Part shown: positions 1 to 7,914 of the stretch, one piece after another
How the letters are laid out: the number at the start of each line of letters is the position of its first letter
Position numbering within the stretch: the first letter of the stretch is position 1
NCBI GenBank assembly: GCA_037446975.1
Contig: JBBIHQ010000002.1
Span: forward strand, 27,066-91,065
Source of the DNA: Opitutia bacterium
Lineage (GTDB): Bacteria > Verrucomicrobiota > Verrucomicrobiia > Opitutales > Opitutaceae
DNA: 64,000 bases
Reading direction: 5' to 3'
Position numbers and translations under genes: made by a program
The notes under the pieces: generated by a model
Databases searched by the model: none
What the model saw: only the letters and a program-made list of their open reading frames with translations
What the model was told of the DNA's origin: nothing

Positions 1-528
1 ATTACCATTGGCGCCAACCAGGCAGTCATTCCCGGCCTCTATTCTTCTGCCACGAGCAAAAATAACGTCCCGGGCAATTTAACCCTCGGCACCAATACGA
101 TCTTCGCCACCGGTGGCAGTTACTTCTGGAGCCTGCAGGATGTCAGCCGAAGCGACGGCCATTCCGGGCTGTTCATCAACGGCAATCTGGATCTCACAAC
201 GATCTCCACCGGCGGCTTCACCATCGATATGCTCACCTTCGACGCGACCGATCATCTTGGCTTGGCCAACCTTGTCATCGGCTCGCCCTATACGTTCACC
301 ATTCTCACCACCACCGGGACGATCGCCGGCTTCAACGCCGCCGATTTCACCTTCAATACCTCGAAGTTTGAGAACGGCCTGGCTTCCTTCCCCATCCTGA
401 GCCTCACCGCCGATTCACAGCATCTCTTCCTGACTTTTACCGCCGTTCCCGAGCCCTCCACTTGGGCGTTGCTCGCCACGGGCGCCGGCCTGCTCGGCCT
501 CGCCGCGTTCCGCCGACGTCGGGCATGA
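1..528 (+). CDS. PEP-CTERM sorting-domain secreted protein, C-terminal part (5' end lies outside the window)
   Basis: Frame 1 is open from nt 1. The C-terminus VPEPSTWALLATGAGLLGLAAFRRRRA shows the PEP motif, a TM helix and an Arg cluster. The upstream sequence is Gly/Thr/Asn-rich and resembles beta-strand repeats. Confidence 0.8.
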   Translation: MTIGANQAVIPGLYSSATSKNNVPGNLTLGTNTIFATGGSYFWSLQDVSRSDGHSGLFINGNLDLTTISTGGFTIDMLTFDATDHLGLANLVIGSPYTFTILTTTGTIAGFNAADFTFNTSKFENGLASFPILSLTADSQHLFLTFTAVPEPSTWALLATGAGLLGLAAFRRRRA

Positions 529-541
529 CGGATTCCGGGGT

Positions 542-778
542 TCAACTCCCGGCCAGATGGCGCCGGTAAAGTTCCTCCACCTTCTTCCGCGCCCACTGCG
601 TTCTGCGCAAGAACTGCAGGCTGGATTTGATGCTGGGGTCGTACTTGAAGCAGCGGATGTCGATCCGCCGACCCAACTCGGCCCAGCCATGGGCTTCCAC
701 CAGTTTTGTCAGCAGTGTTTCCAGCGTCACGCCGTGGAGCGGATCTTTCGGGTGCAAGTCGGTCGGAGCCATGTCCAT
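542..778 (-). CDS. VF530/DUF2132-family small protein
   Basis: The 78-aa product contains [63 protein letters not shown], which I recognise as the DUF2132 pattern. Confidence 0.7.
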   Translation of the reverse strand: MDMAPTDLHPKDPLHGVTLETLLTKLVEAHGWAELGRRIDIRCFKYDPSIKSSLQFLRRTQWARKKVEELYRRHLAGS

Positions 779-888
779 GAGTGAAACACCGTTGCGGCCG
801 GCCGCAAACTTTCTGCCGGGCGGCGCTCAACTCATCACTTGCTTCCGTGGCCCATCGCCTATCGCCTATCGGCCGACAACACCTTCCC

Positions 889-1338
889 ATGCCCACCATC
901 TACGAAAAGCTTCGCGCCGACATCGTCACGGCCATGAAGGCCCGCGACTCCGTCACTGCCACCGCCCTTCGCACCATGGATGCCGCAATCCAGCGGGCGG
1001 CGATCGACGCCAACAAGCCCATCGACGAAGCCCTCGCTCTCACCACCATCCGCAAGGCGGTGAAAAACCTCACCGATGCCCGGACTGAGTTTGAAAAAGG
1101 CGGCCGAGCCGACCTGGTCTCGATCAACACCGCCGAAATCACCATCCTGACGAAATACCTGCCGGCCGGCCTTGACGGCGCAAAGCTCGAGGCCCTCGTC
1201 GCAGAAATCATCGCTTCGACCGGAGCCACTTCGAAGAAGGAAATGGGCAAGGTCATCGGCGCGCTCAAGCAGCGGCCTGAAGCCGCCTTGATCGATTTCG
1301 GCGCCGCCAGTAAACTCATCCAGGCAAAGCTGCCGTAG
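889..1338 (+). CDS. GatB/YqeY domain protein
   Basis: MPTIYEKLRADIVTAMKARD...ILTKYLP...SKKEMGKVIGALK is typical of YqeY. The ORF-track start at 781 is an Arg/Cys-rich extension, so I chose the ATG at 889. Confidence 0.8.
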   Translation: MPTIYEKLRADIVTAMKARDSVTATALRTMDAAIQRAAIDANKPIDEALALTTIRKAVKNLTDARTEFEKGGRADLVSINTAEITILTKYLPAGLDGAKLEALVAEIIASTGATSKKEMGKVIGALKQRPEAALIDFGAASKLIQAKLP

Positions 1339-1479
1339 CCCGGGCCCCGCCGAGCGCAAGGCTAACGACCCGGCTGCAGGGACTCCATCCCCAGAAGCGA
1401 CAATTCCGTTTAGCTGCATCGCCTCTTCGCGTTTACCCCTGCCCGCGGTTCGCTGCTTACCGCCAATTACTCGCCTCCG

Positions 1480-2364
1480 GTGCCTCTCATCGAACGCCTT
1501 TTTTCCGTCGGAGCCATTCGCAAGGCGATCTGGCGGATCTGGTATCCCTACCTCACCCGCAAACTCCGCGGCGAGGAGGTTTTGTTTCTCAACTACGCCT
1601 TTGAGACCGAACCGCCGCTGGGCCTGCCGCTCTCGCCGGCGGATGAGTCCAACCGCCACTGCATCCAGCTCTATCATCACGTCGGCACCCAAGTGCCGCT
1701 GCGCGAAAAGAACATCCTCGAGGTTAGTTGCGGGCACGGTGGCGGCGCCTCCTATCTGGTGCGCACCCAACATCCGGCCCGCTACACCGGCCTGGACCTG
1801 AATCCCGCCGGCATCCGCTTCTGCCGCGAACGCCATCGACTTTCCGGGCTTGATTTTGTCCAGGGCGATGCGGGGAAACTGCCCTTCCCGCGCGACACTT
1901 TTGACGTGGTCCTCAATATCGAGGCCTCGCATTGTTATCCCGACTTCCCGCGGTTTCTCGCCGGGGTGGCGCGGGTTCTCCGGCCTGGTGGACATCTTCT
2001 CTACGCTGATTTCCGGTTTGATGACGGAGTGATCAGCGGCGACTTTTCCTCGTGGACGCGGGCGCTTGAAACCGCCCCGTTGAAGATGGTGCAGTCCCGG
2101 ATGATCAACGCCGAGGTGCGGCGGGGCATGGATCTGAATTCCCGGCATTCGCAGGAGCTGATTGTCCGGCACCTTCCTCGATTTCTGCATTCGCTCGGAC
2201 GCGACTTTGCCGGCATTCAGGGTTCGCGCGTCTACAACGCGCTCGTCCACGGCGAACTTTCCTACCGGTCGTATTGTTTCGTAAAAGAAGCAGACCAGAC
2301 CGCCACGCCAGATTCCGGCATCCCCGGAAGCCAACAGCTCGGCCTCAATCCAGGCGGCGGCTGA
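1480..2364 (+). CDS. Class I SAM-dependent methyltransferase, Rv2952-like (lipid O-methyltransferase family)
   Basis: Motifs seen: ILEVSCGHGGGASYL, YTGLDLNPAGIRFCRERH, FDVVLNIEASHCYPDF, VLRPGG and C-terminal GELSYRSYCF. The start codon is GTG. Confidence 0.8.
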   Translation: MPLIERLFSVGAIRKAIWRIWYPYLTRKLRGEEVLFLNYAFETEPPLGLPLSPADESNRHCIQLYHHVGTQVPLREKNILEVSCGHGGGASYLVRTQHPARYTGLDLNPAGIRFCRERHRLSGLDFVQGDAGKLPFPRDTFDVVLNIEASHCYPDFPRFLAGVARVLRPGGHLLYADFRFDDGVISGDFSSWTRALETAPLKMVQSRMINAEVRRGMDLNSRHSQELIVRHLPRFLHSLGRDFAGIQGSRVYNALVHGELSYRSYCFVKEADQTATPDSGIPGSQQLGLNPGGG

Positions 2365-2445
2365 CCAATTCCATCGGCGGTTTCGCAATTATCGCGGCCG
2401 GTCTAGGGGCGAAACCGGCCGCGTTGCTGCCGCGCTCCCTGGCCT

Positions 2446-3180
2446 TCAGCCACTCCCAGCCGGTTTCCTCAGGTATTTCGTCCGCCGGGTGCCGCTGCGC
2501 CCCTGCGGCCGGCTGCGCTCGTCCGGAGCGCCATAGGGTTTGCGGCGATAACCCGGCCGGGACGGATCGGCGGCGCACTTGATCTGGAAATCCTGCATCC
2601 GCTGAAATATTCCGAGCAACTGCTCCGGCCGGGGATAACGGTCGAGACCGCCACGCTCGAGCACCGTGAGCAACTCGTGCACGGCCTCCAGCGTGGAAAG
2701 GCAGCCCTCCTGCGGCTGCTGCTTGATGATATAGCGACTCGGCGCGGCCGGAGTGAACATCAGACGGGGCAGCCGCTGCAGACTTGGGCTTAGCCGCAGC
2801 ATCTTGCGCGCCCCGCTCCACGTTGCATCGAGCAGAAAGACCACCAACCGGCGCTGCTGAAGCCGGGCGTTGAACGCCATTCGCTGGTCATCTTCAGAGA
2901 GATTGGTCGCCTGGGCGCCGGGATAGAGCAGGACGCAGAAATTATTCCCGTCGTTCAGCAGCGTCTGGACGGCCTTGTGATCGTCGAAACCTTTTCCCAT
3001 GTGCAGTTCGCTGTTAGGCAGGCACAGCTGCGTCAACCGGCCCGTGCCGGCTTTCTCCTCCTTGAATTCCTTCGGGTGCATCAGGAACACAAATCGCGTC
3101 CGCGTTTCCATCGGGATAAGCGACGGGCACCAGCAAAGCGCCTTCGGCCAGAAACACCGGTAGCACATGACGCGGCTCAT
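2446..3180 (-). CDS. DTW-domain protein (tRNA-uridine aminocarboxypropyltransferase-like)
   Basis: The N-terminus has Cys pairs (CYRCFWPKALCWC). The DTW motif is present in FLLDATWSGARKM. Confidence 0.7.
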   Translation of the reverse strand: MSRVMCYRCFWPKALCWCPSLIPMETRTRFVFLMHPKEFKEEKAGTGRLTQLCLPNSELHMGKGFDDHKAVQTLLNDGNNFCVLLYPGAQATNLSEDDQRMAFNARLQQRRLVVFLLDATWSGARKMLRLSPSLQRLPRLMFTPAAPSRYIIKQQPQEGCLSTLEAVHELLTVLERGGLDRYPRPEQLLGIFQRMQDFQIKCAADPSRPGYRRKPYGAPDERSRPQGRSGTRRTKYLRKPAGSG

Positions 3181-3349
3181 TGCGGGATTTTCGGAAAGTT
3201 TGTCCGCTAATCCACGCTAATCGCTTCCCGCCTTACGTTTCCGCCCTGCGCTTTCCTGAAGAAGAAAGCCTGTTCCCGGCGCATTCTTCCACAAAATATG
3301 CGGAGTAGCTGCACTAGACAGCCGCGGTCGGTGCGGACAAATTCACCGG

Positions 3350-4432
3350 ATGAAAACTCGGATCGGTATTCTCACCGGCGGCGGGGACTGCCCGGGCTTG
3401 AACGCGGTCATCCGCGCCGTAGTGAAGTCCGCCACCAAACGAGGCTGGGAGACGCTCGGGGTGCTTGGCGGTTTCGACGGTCTGTTGATGCCGACCCACA
3501 CCCGACCGCTCGATTACCACCAGATGGACGGACTCCTTTATCTCGGGGGAACGATCCTGGGTGCGTCAAACAAGGGCCGGTTTTCCGGCAAATCCGGGCA
3601 CGGCGAAACCCGGCAGATTGATCCGGCGGTCATCGCCGACGCCCGGGCTGGCCTGGCGTCGCTCGGGCTGCGCGCACTGGTCGTGGTGGGCGGTGACGGT
3701 TCGCTGACCATTGCCCAACAGTGCTTCGAGGCCGGCATCCCCGTCGTGGGAGTGCCCAAGACCATTGACAACGACATCGAGGGTACGGTTGTCACCTTTG
3801 GGTTCGACAGCGCCGTTTCGTTTGCCACCGACGCGCTCGACCGCCTTCGCACCACGGCCCAAAGCCACGACCGCGTCATGGTGTGCGAGGTGATGGGCCG
3901 TTATGCGGGCTGGATTGCCGCCCATGCCGGCATTGCGGGCGGCGCCGACGTGATTTTGATCCCCGAGATTCCTTTTTCCTATGACGCCGTGTGCCGCGTC
4001 GTCAACGACCGGGAAGCGCAGGGCAAACGGTTCACGCTGGTGGTGGTGGCCGAGGGCGCGCGCGAAGCCGGACGCGACTTTGTCACTCTGGGCGACACCG
4101 GAGCCATTCGCGAGGCCCGGCTGGGCGGCATTGCCGCCGTTGTGGCGGGAGAGATCGGCAAGCGCACCGGCAAGGAGACGCGCGTCTGCGTGCTTGGTCA
4201 TCTGCAACGCGGCGGCGCACCCACGACATTTGACCGGCTGCTGTGCACGCGGTTTGGCGCTGGTGCCGTGCGGCTCATTGCGGAGGAGCAGTATGGCTTC
4301 ATGGTCGCCAACCAGCCGCCCCACACAAGCGCGATTCCCATCAAGGAAGCCATCGGACGTCTGCGCACCGTGCCACCGGACTGTGACATCACCCGCACCG
4401 CGCGCGATCTCGGCATCAGTTTTGGCGAATAG
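3350..4432 (+). CDS. pfkA: ATP-dependent 6-phosphofructokinase
   Basis: Motifs seen: GILTGGGDCPGLNAVIR, VVGGDGSL, PKTIDNDI, MGRYAGW and GHLQRGG. GDG rather than GDD argues for the ATP-dependent type. Confidence 0.9.
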   Translation: MKTRIGILTGGGDCPGLNAVIRAVVKSATKRGWETLGVLGGFDGLLMPTHTRPLDYHQMDGLLYLGGTILGASNKGRFSGKSGHGETRQIDPAVIADARAGLASLGLRALVVVGGDGSLTIAQQCFEAGIPVVGVPKTIDNDIEGTVVTFGFDSAVSFATDALDRLRTTAQSHDRVMVCEVMGRYAGWIAAHAGIAGGADVILIPEIPFSYDAVCRVVNDREAQGKRFTLVVVAEGAREAGRDFVTLGDTGAIREARLGGIAAVVAGEIGKRTGKETRVCVLGHLQRGGAPTTFDRLLCTRFGAGAVRLIAEEQYGFMVANQPPHTSAIPIKEAIGRLRTVPPDCDITRTARDLGISFGE

Positions 4433-4534
4433 GCGCCGACCGGGCCATTTCGGCCTGAGCCGGCGGGAACGCCTGGTGGCTGGGTGTTGCGAATTGCCTC
4501 CCCACGGGCGAGAGTTGCGTTCACGTTTCCCGCG

Positions 4535-5386
4535 ATGTCACTCATTGGCAAACGGAGCCTGCTTCCGATCATTCGCGGCGCTCCGCCGGGGTTTTATCTC
4601 GATGGGGGAATTCATGGCGAAATCCTGCTGCCCGGCCGCTTCATTCCGCCGGGCGCCACTCCGGGCGGCAAGATTGCCGTTTTTGTCTACCGCGATTCCG
4701 AGGACCGGCTCGTTGCCACGACCCAGAAACCGCTGGCGACCGTCGGCGAGTTCGCCGGTCTGCGGGTCGTCAGCGTGAATCCGCGCATCGGGGTGTTCCT
4801 CGACTGGGGCCTGGACAAGGATCTCTTGCTGCCCATCCGCGAATTGTCCGGCCCGCTGAATCCCGGGGACCGGGTGGTGGTGCAGGTGGTGCTCGACGAA
4901 AAGACCGACCGCCTCATCGCCACCGCGCGGATCAACCGCCGGCTGGAATTGACTCCCTTTGATGTCTATCACGCGGGCGACTCGGTCAAATTGCTGGTGA
5001 TGAGCAAGAGTCCGCTGGGCTACAACATGATCGTGAACGACGCCCACCGCGGCCTGCTCTATCACACCGATGTGCCGGGTACGCTTGAGGTCGGCCAGCA
5101 GGTCGAAGGCTATGTCCGCTCGGTCCGGCCCGACGGCAAGCTCGACCTCGCCACCGGTCGCGCCGGCTACCGCCGGATCGCCCCGCTCACCACCCAGATC
5201 ATTGCGGCCCTGACCGCACAGGGCGGCCGGCTTCCTTACCACGATAACAGCCCGCCGGAAAAAATCCGCGCCGTGTTTGGCGTGAGCAAAAAAGCCTTCA
5301 AGCAGGCGATCGGCGCTCTTTTCCGCGAGCGCCGCATTTCCCTTGAGCCGGACGGCATCCGCCTGCTGGTCGATCCGCCAGAATGA
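4535..5386 (+). CDS. S1-like RNA-binding protein, CvfB/YitL family
   Basis: The N-terminus MSLIGKRSLLPIIRGAPPGFYLDGG..GEILLP, repeated S1-like segments and a winged-helix-like C-terminus fit the family. The ORF-track start at 4484 is extended, so I chose the ATG at 4535. Confidence 0.7.
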   Translation: MSLIGKRSLLPIIRGAPPGFYLDGGIHGEILLPGRFIPPGATPGGKIAVFVYRDSEDRLVATTQKPLATVGEFAGLRVVSVNPRIGVFLDWGLDKDLLLPIRELSGPLNPGDRVVVQVVLDEKTDRLIATARINRRLELTPFDVYHAGDSVKLLVMSKSPLGYNMIVNDAHRGLLYHTDVPGTLEVGQQVEGYVRSVRPDGKLDLATGRAGYRRIAPLTTQIIAALTAQGGRLPYHDNSPPEKIRAVFGVSKKAFKQAIGALFRERRISLEPDGIRLLVDPPE

Positions 5387-5481
5387 TGCGCCGGGCAGAA
5401 ATCGAAAACCAAGATCCCTTTCCCCTAATTTTGTCTGTGCCTTTGCCTCGCGGTGGTTCAGGTTGATTGCCGTCAACCCCC

Positions 5482-5739
5482 ATGAAAAAATCCCCGCCGC
5501 AGAAGCAGGAAACCAACTCCTCCAGCCCCCGCCATATCGCGGTGCGGGAGATCCCCATCGAGCTCTGCCAGTTCCTCAAATTCGGCGGGCTGACGGGAAG
5601 CGGCGGCGAGGCGAAGCAACTGATCAGCGAGGGCCGCGTGCTGCTCAACGGCACCGTTGAAACGCAGAAGCGCAAGAAACTTGCTGTCGGTGACGTGGTG
5701 AAAGTCGGCGGCCATGCCATCATTGTCAGGCTGGGCTGA
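5482..5739 (+). CDS. S4-domain RNA-binding protein (YbcJ-like)
   Basis: The product contains LCQFLKFGGLTGSGGEAKQLISEGRVLLNGTVETQKRKKLAVGDVV. I prefer the ATG at 5482 to the TTG at 5467. Confidence 0.65.
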   Translation: MKKSPPQKQETNSSSPRHIAVREIPIELCQFLKFGGLTGSGGEAKQLISEGRVLLNGTVETQKRKKLAVGDVVKVGGHAIIVRLG

Positions 5740-5763
5740 GGGCCGCGCCCCCACCGGTTGCAC

Positions 5764-7074
5764 ATGTCGTTTTCCTCCCTGGGCCTGTCCGAGCCGCTCC
5801 TGCGGGCCGTCGCCAGCCGGAATTACTCCGCGCCCACCCCGGTGCAAGCGGAGGCCATTCCCGCGATCCTGCGCGGGGTGGATGTCTGGGCCTCGGCGCA
5901 GACCGGCTCGGGCAAGACCGCGGCGTTCGCCCTGCCGATTTTGCAGCTTCTGGCCGCCAGTCCCCGCCGGCGCGGGCGTTTTGTCCGCGCCCTGATTCTG
6001 GCGCCTACCCGCGAGTTGGCGGCGCAAACCGGGGAGTCGCTCCGCACCTATGCGCGCGGGCTGCCGGTGCCAATCAAGATTTTGACAACGCATGGCGGCG
6101 TTTCCATCAACCCCCAGATGATGGCTCTCGGCGGCGGCGCCGATGTCATCGTGGCCACGCCGGGCCGGCTGCTGGACCTCGTGGATCACAACGCGGTGGA
6201 GCTCTCTGCCGTGGTTACCCTCGTCCTGGATGAGGCCGACCGCCTGTTTGCCCTGGGTTTTGCCGCAGAACTCGACCGCGTCCTCAGCCTGTTGCCTACC
6301 CACCGGCAGAATCTCCTTTTCTCCGCCACCTTTCCCTCAACGGTTCACGCATTAGCCGACAAGCTGTTGCGCAATCCGGTCCGGATCGACGTGCCGGCTG
6401 CGCCCGCCACCGTCCCGGATATCCTGCAGCGGGCCGTCGAAGTCGATCCGCTGCGCCGCACCCAGTTGCTGCGCCACCTGGTCCAGACGAACCCCTGGAC
6501 CCGCGTCCTGGTTTTTGTCGCCACGAAATACGCCACCGAACACGTGGCGGAAAAGCTCCGCAAAGCCGGTATCGCCGCTGGGGCCTTGCACGGCGAACTC
6601 AGCCAGGGCGCGCGCAACCGGGCCCTGGCCGATTTCAAGGCCTCAAAGCTGTCGGTGCTGGTCGCCACTGATGTCGCCGCCCGCGGGATCGACATCGCGC
6701 AGCTGCCCGTGGTGGTGAACTTCGACCTCCCGCGATCGGCGGTGGATTATACGCACCGCATCGGCCGGACCGGTCGCGCCGGCGAGAGCGGTGTCGCCGT
6801 CAATTTCATCAGCGCCGGCACCCACGCCCATTTCCAGCTGATCGAAAAACGCCACCAGTTGAATCTGATCCGCGAGCAGATTGCCGGCTTCGAGCCCATC
6901 GAGACCGTCCTACCTGGCCCGCCTCCGCACGGAGGCGTCAAAGGAAAACGCAAGAGCAAGAAGGACAAACTCCGCGAGGCCGCGGCCCGCGCCCAGGACC
7001 CCAAGTCAGGCCATCCAGCCGGACCGGCGGGAACTTTCACCTGGCCCCGGCTGCGCAAGGGATCTTCGGCCTGA
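5764..7074 (+). CDS. DEAD-box ATP-dependent RNA helicase (RhlE-like)
   Basis: Q-motif TPVQ, AQTGSGKT, VLDEADRL, SAT, ARGID and HRIGRTGR are present, followed by a basic C-terminal tail. Confidence 0.9.
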   Translation: MSFSSLGLSEPLLRAVASRNYSAPTPVQAEAIPAILRGVDVWASAQTGSGKTAAFALPILQLLAASPRRRGRFVRALILAPTRELAAQTGESLRTYARGLPVPIKILTTHGGVSINPQMMALGGGADVIVATPGRLLDLVDHNAVELSAVVTLVLDEADRLFALGFAAELDRVLSLLPTHRQNLLFSATFPSTVHALADKLLRNPVRIDVPAAPATVPDILQRAVEVDPLRRTQLLRHLVQTNPWTRVLVFVATKYATEHVAEKLRKAGIAAGALHGELSQGARNRALADFKASKLSVLVATDVAARGIDIAQLPVVVNFDLPRSAVDYTHRIGRTGRAGESGVAVNFISAGTHAHFQLIEKRHQLNLIREQIAGFEPIETVLPGPPPHGGVKGKRKSKKDKLREAAARAQDPKSGHPAGPAGTFTWPRLRKGSSA

Positions 7075-7142
7075 GATCACCCTGATTTCGCCTGGCGCCA
7101 AGCAGCTTTTCTTTTGGCCAAATCAGGGTAAGGTGCCTCTGG

Positions 7143-7415
7143 ATGTTTGCCAATCTGTTCCAACTGAAAACCCGCCGGGCGTCCGAGGGCGCCGACCGGG
7201 CTTTTGTCGCGGAAGTCAATGTTCGCCGGCCCGTGCCGCGCAATCCGCGCTTGGAGAAACTCATCCTGTTGTGCTGGGGGCTGATTGCGGTAAAACACGT
7301 GGCCGTTATTTGGGCCGTGCATCACTATGCGGTGCCGTTCCATCAGCTTTGGGTCAATTTCCCGACGTTTCTCCTCGGGCTGCTCGCCACCGTGGCCTAC
7401 TACGTCCGCGAGTGA
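7143..7415 (+). CDS. Hypothetical small membrane protein (two predicted TM helices)
   Basis: The 90-aa ORF fills the gap between flanking genes. It has hydrophobic segments LILLCWGLIAVKHVAVIWAV and FPTFLLGLLATVAYYV. I recognise no family. Confidence 0.4.
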   Translation: MFANLFQLKTRRASEGADRAFVAEVNVRRPVPRNPRLEKLILLCWGLIAVKHVAVIWAVHHYAVPFHQLWVNFPTFLLGLLATVAYYVRE

Positions 7416-7461
7416 GTTCCTTCTGGATTCCCGTCACTGAATCCTGAATTCTCTGGCCACC

Positions 7462-7908
7462 ATGCCCCATGTTCCCGGACTCCGCAGCAGTTACGCCCAG
7501 ACCGGCCGCCTCCCCTATTTCGGCCGGATGCTTGACAAGATCCGGCTGCACGCTGCCGGACAACTTCCCGCCGATTACCATCATAATCTCGGCCTCGGCT
7601 TCGACGCCCGTTGCTGTGGTTTTTTGCGCGTGGCCTACGACGACTTGAAGGCGCGCACTTTGGCCGGCGGCACGGACGATGAAATTCTCGCCTGGTGCCA
7701 CGATCGCGGCGGTCTGCGGACTGACGACGAATGCATGCTGTGGAACAGTTTCATGATGAAGCGCGGGTGGCGGGATGAAGCGACGGCGGTGCTTCAGCGG
7801 CGCATCAAGGAATACGGCCTCGAGGGCAAACCCATTGAGACCTTCTTTGATCTCAATGAATACGACGAGGGTCGTGATCCGGTCGGGGCGCAGGCCTGGG
7901 TGAAATAG
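7462..7908 (+). CDS. DUF5069-domain protein
   Basis: RLPYFGRMLDKIRLHAAGQLPADYHHNLG and C-terminal FFDLNEYDEGRDP are present. A paralogue lies at 29446-29904. Confidence 0.65.
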   Translation: MPHVPGLRSSYAQTGRLPYFGRMLDKIRLHAAGQLPADYHHNLGLGFDARCCGFLRVAYDDLKARTLAGGTDDEILAWCHDRGGLRTDDECMLWNSFMMKRGWRDEATAVLQRRIKEYGLEGKPIETFFDLNEYDEGRDPVGAQAWVK

Positions 7909-7914
7909 CGCACG

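Noticed and set aside
859-2388. A 509-aa minus-strand ORF spanning the YqeY and methyltransferase genes.
   Set aside because: It is a shadow ORF antisense to two plus-strand genes with clear family motifs. Its composition is low-complexity and Arg/Gly-rich.
3205-3222. The CGCTAATC direct repeat (3205 and 3215) in the DTW/pfk divergent promoter, with the same heptamer as an inverted pair ATTAGCG...CGCTAAT at 39528-39564 upstream of the atp operon. This could be a shared operator.
   Set aside because: A 7-mer is expected several times by chance in 128 kb of two-strand sequence. I cannot compute enrichment here, and there is no further supporting symmetry.
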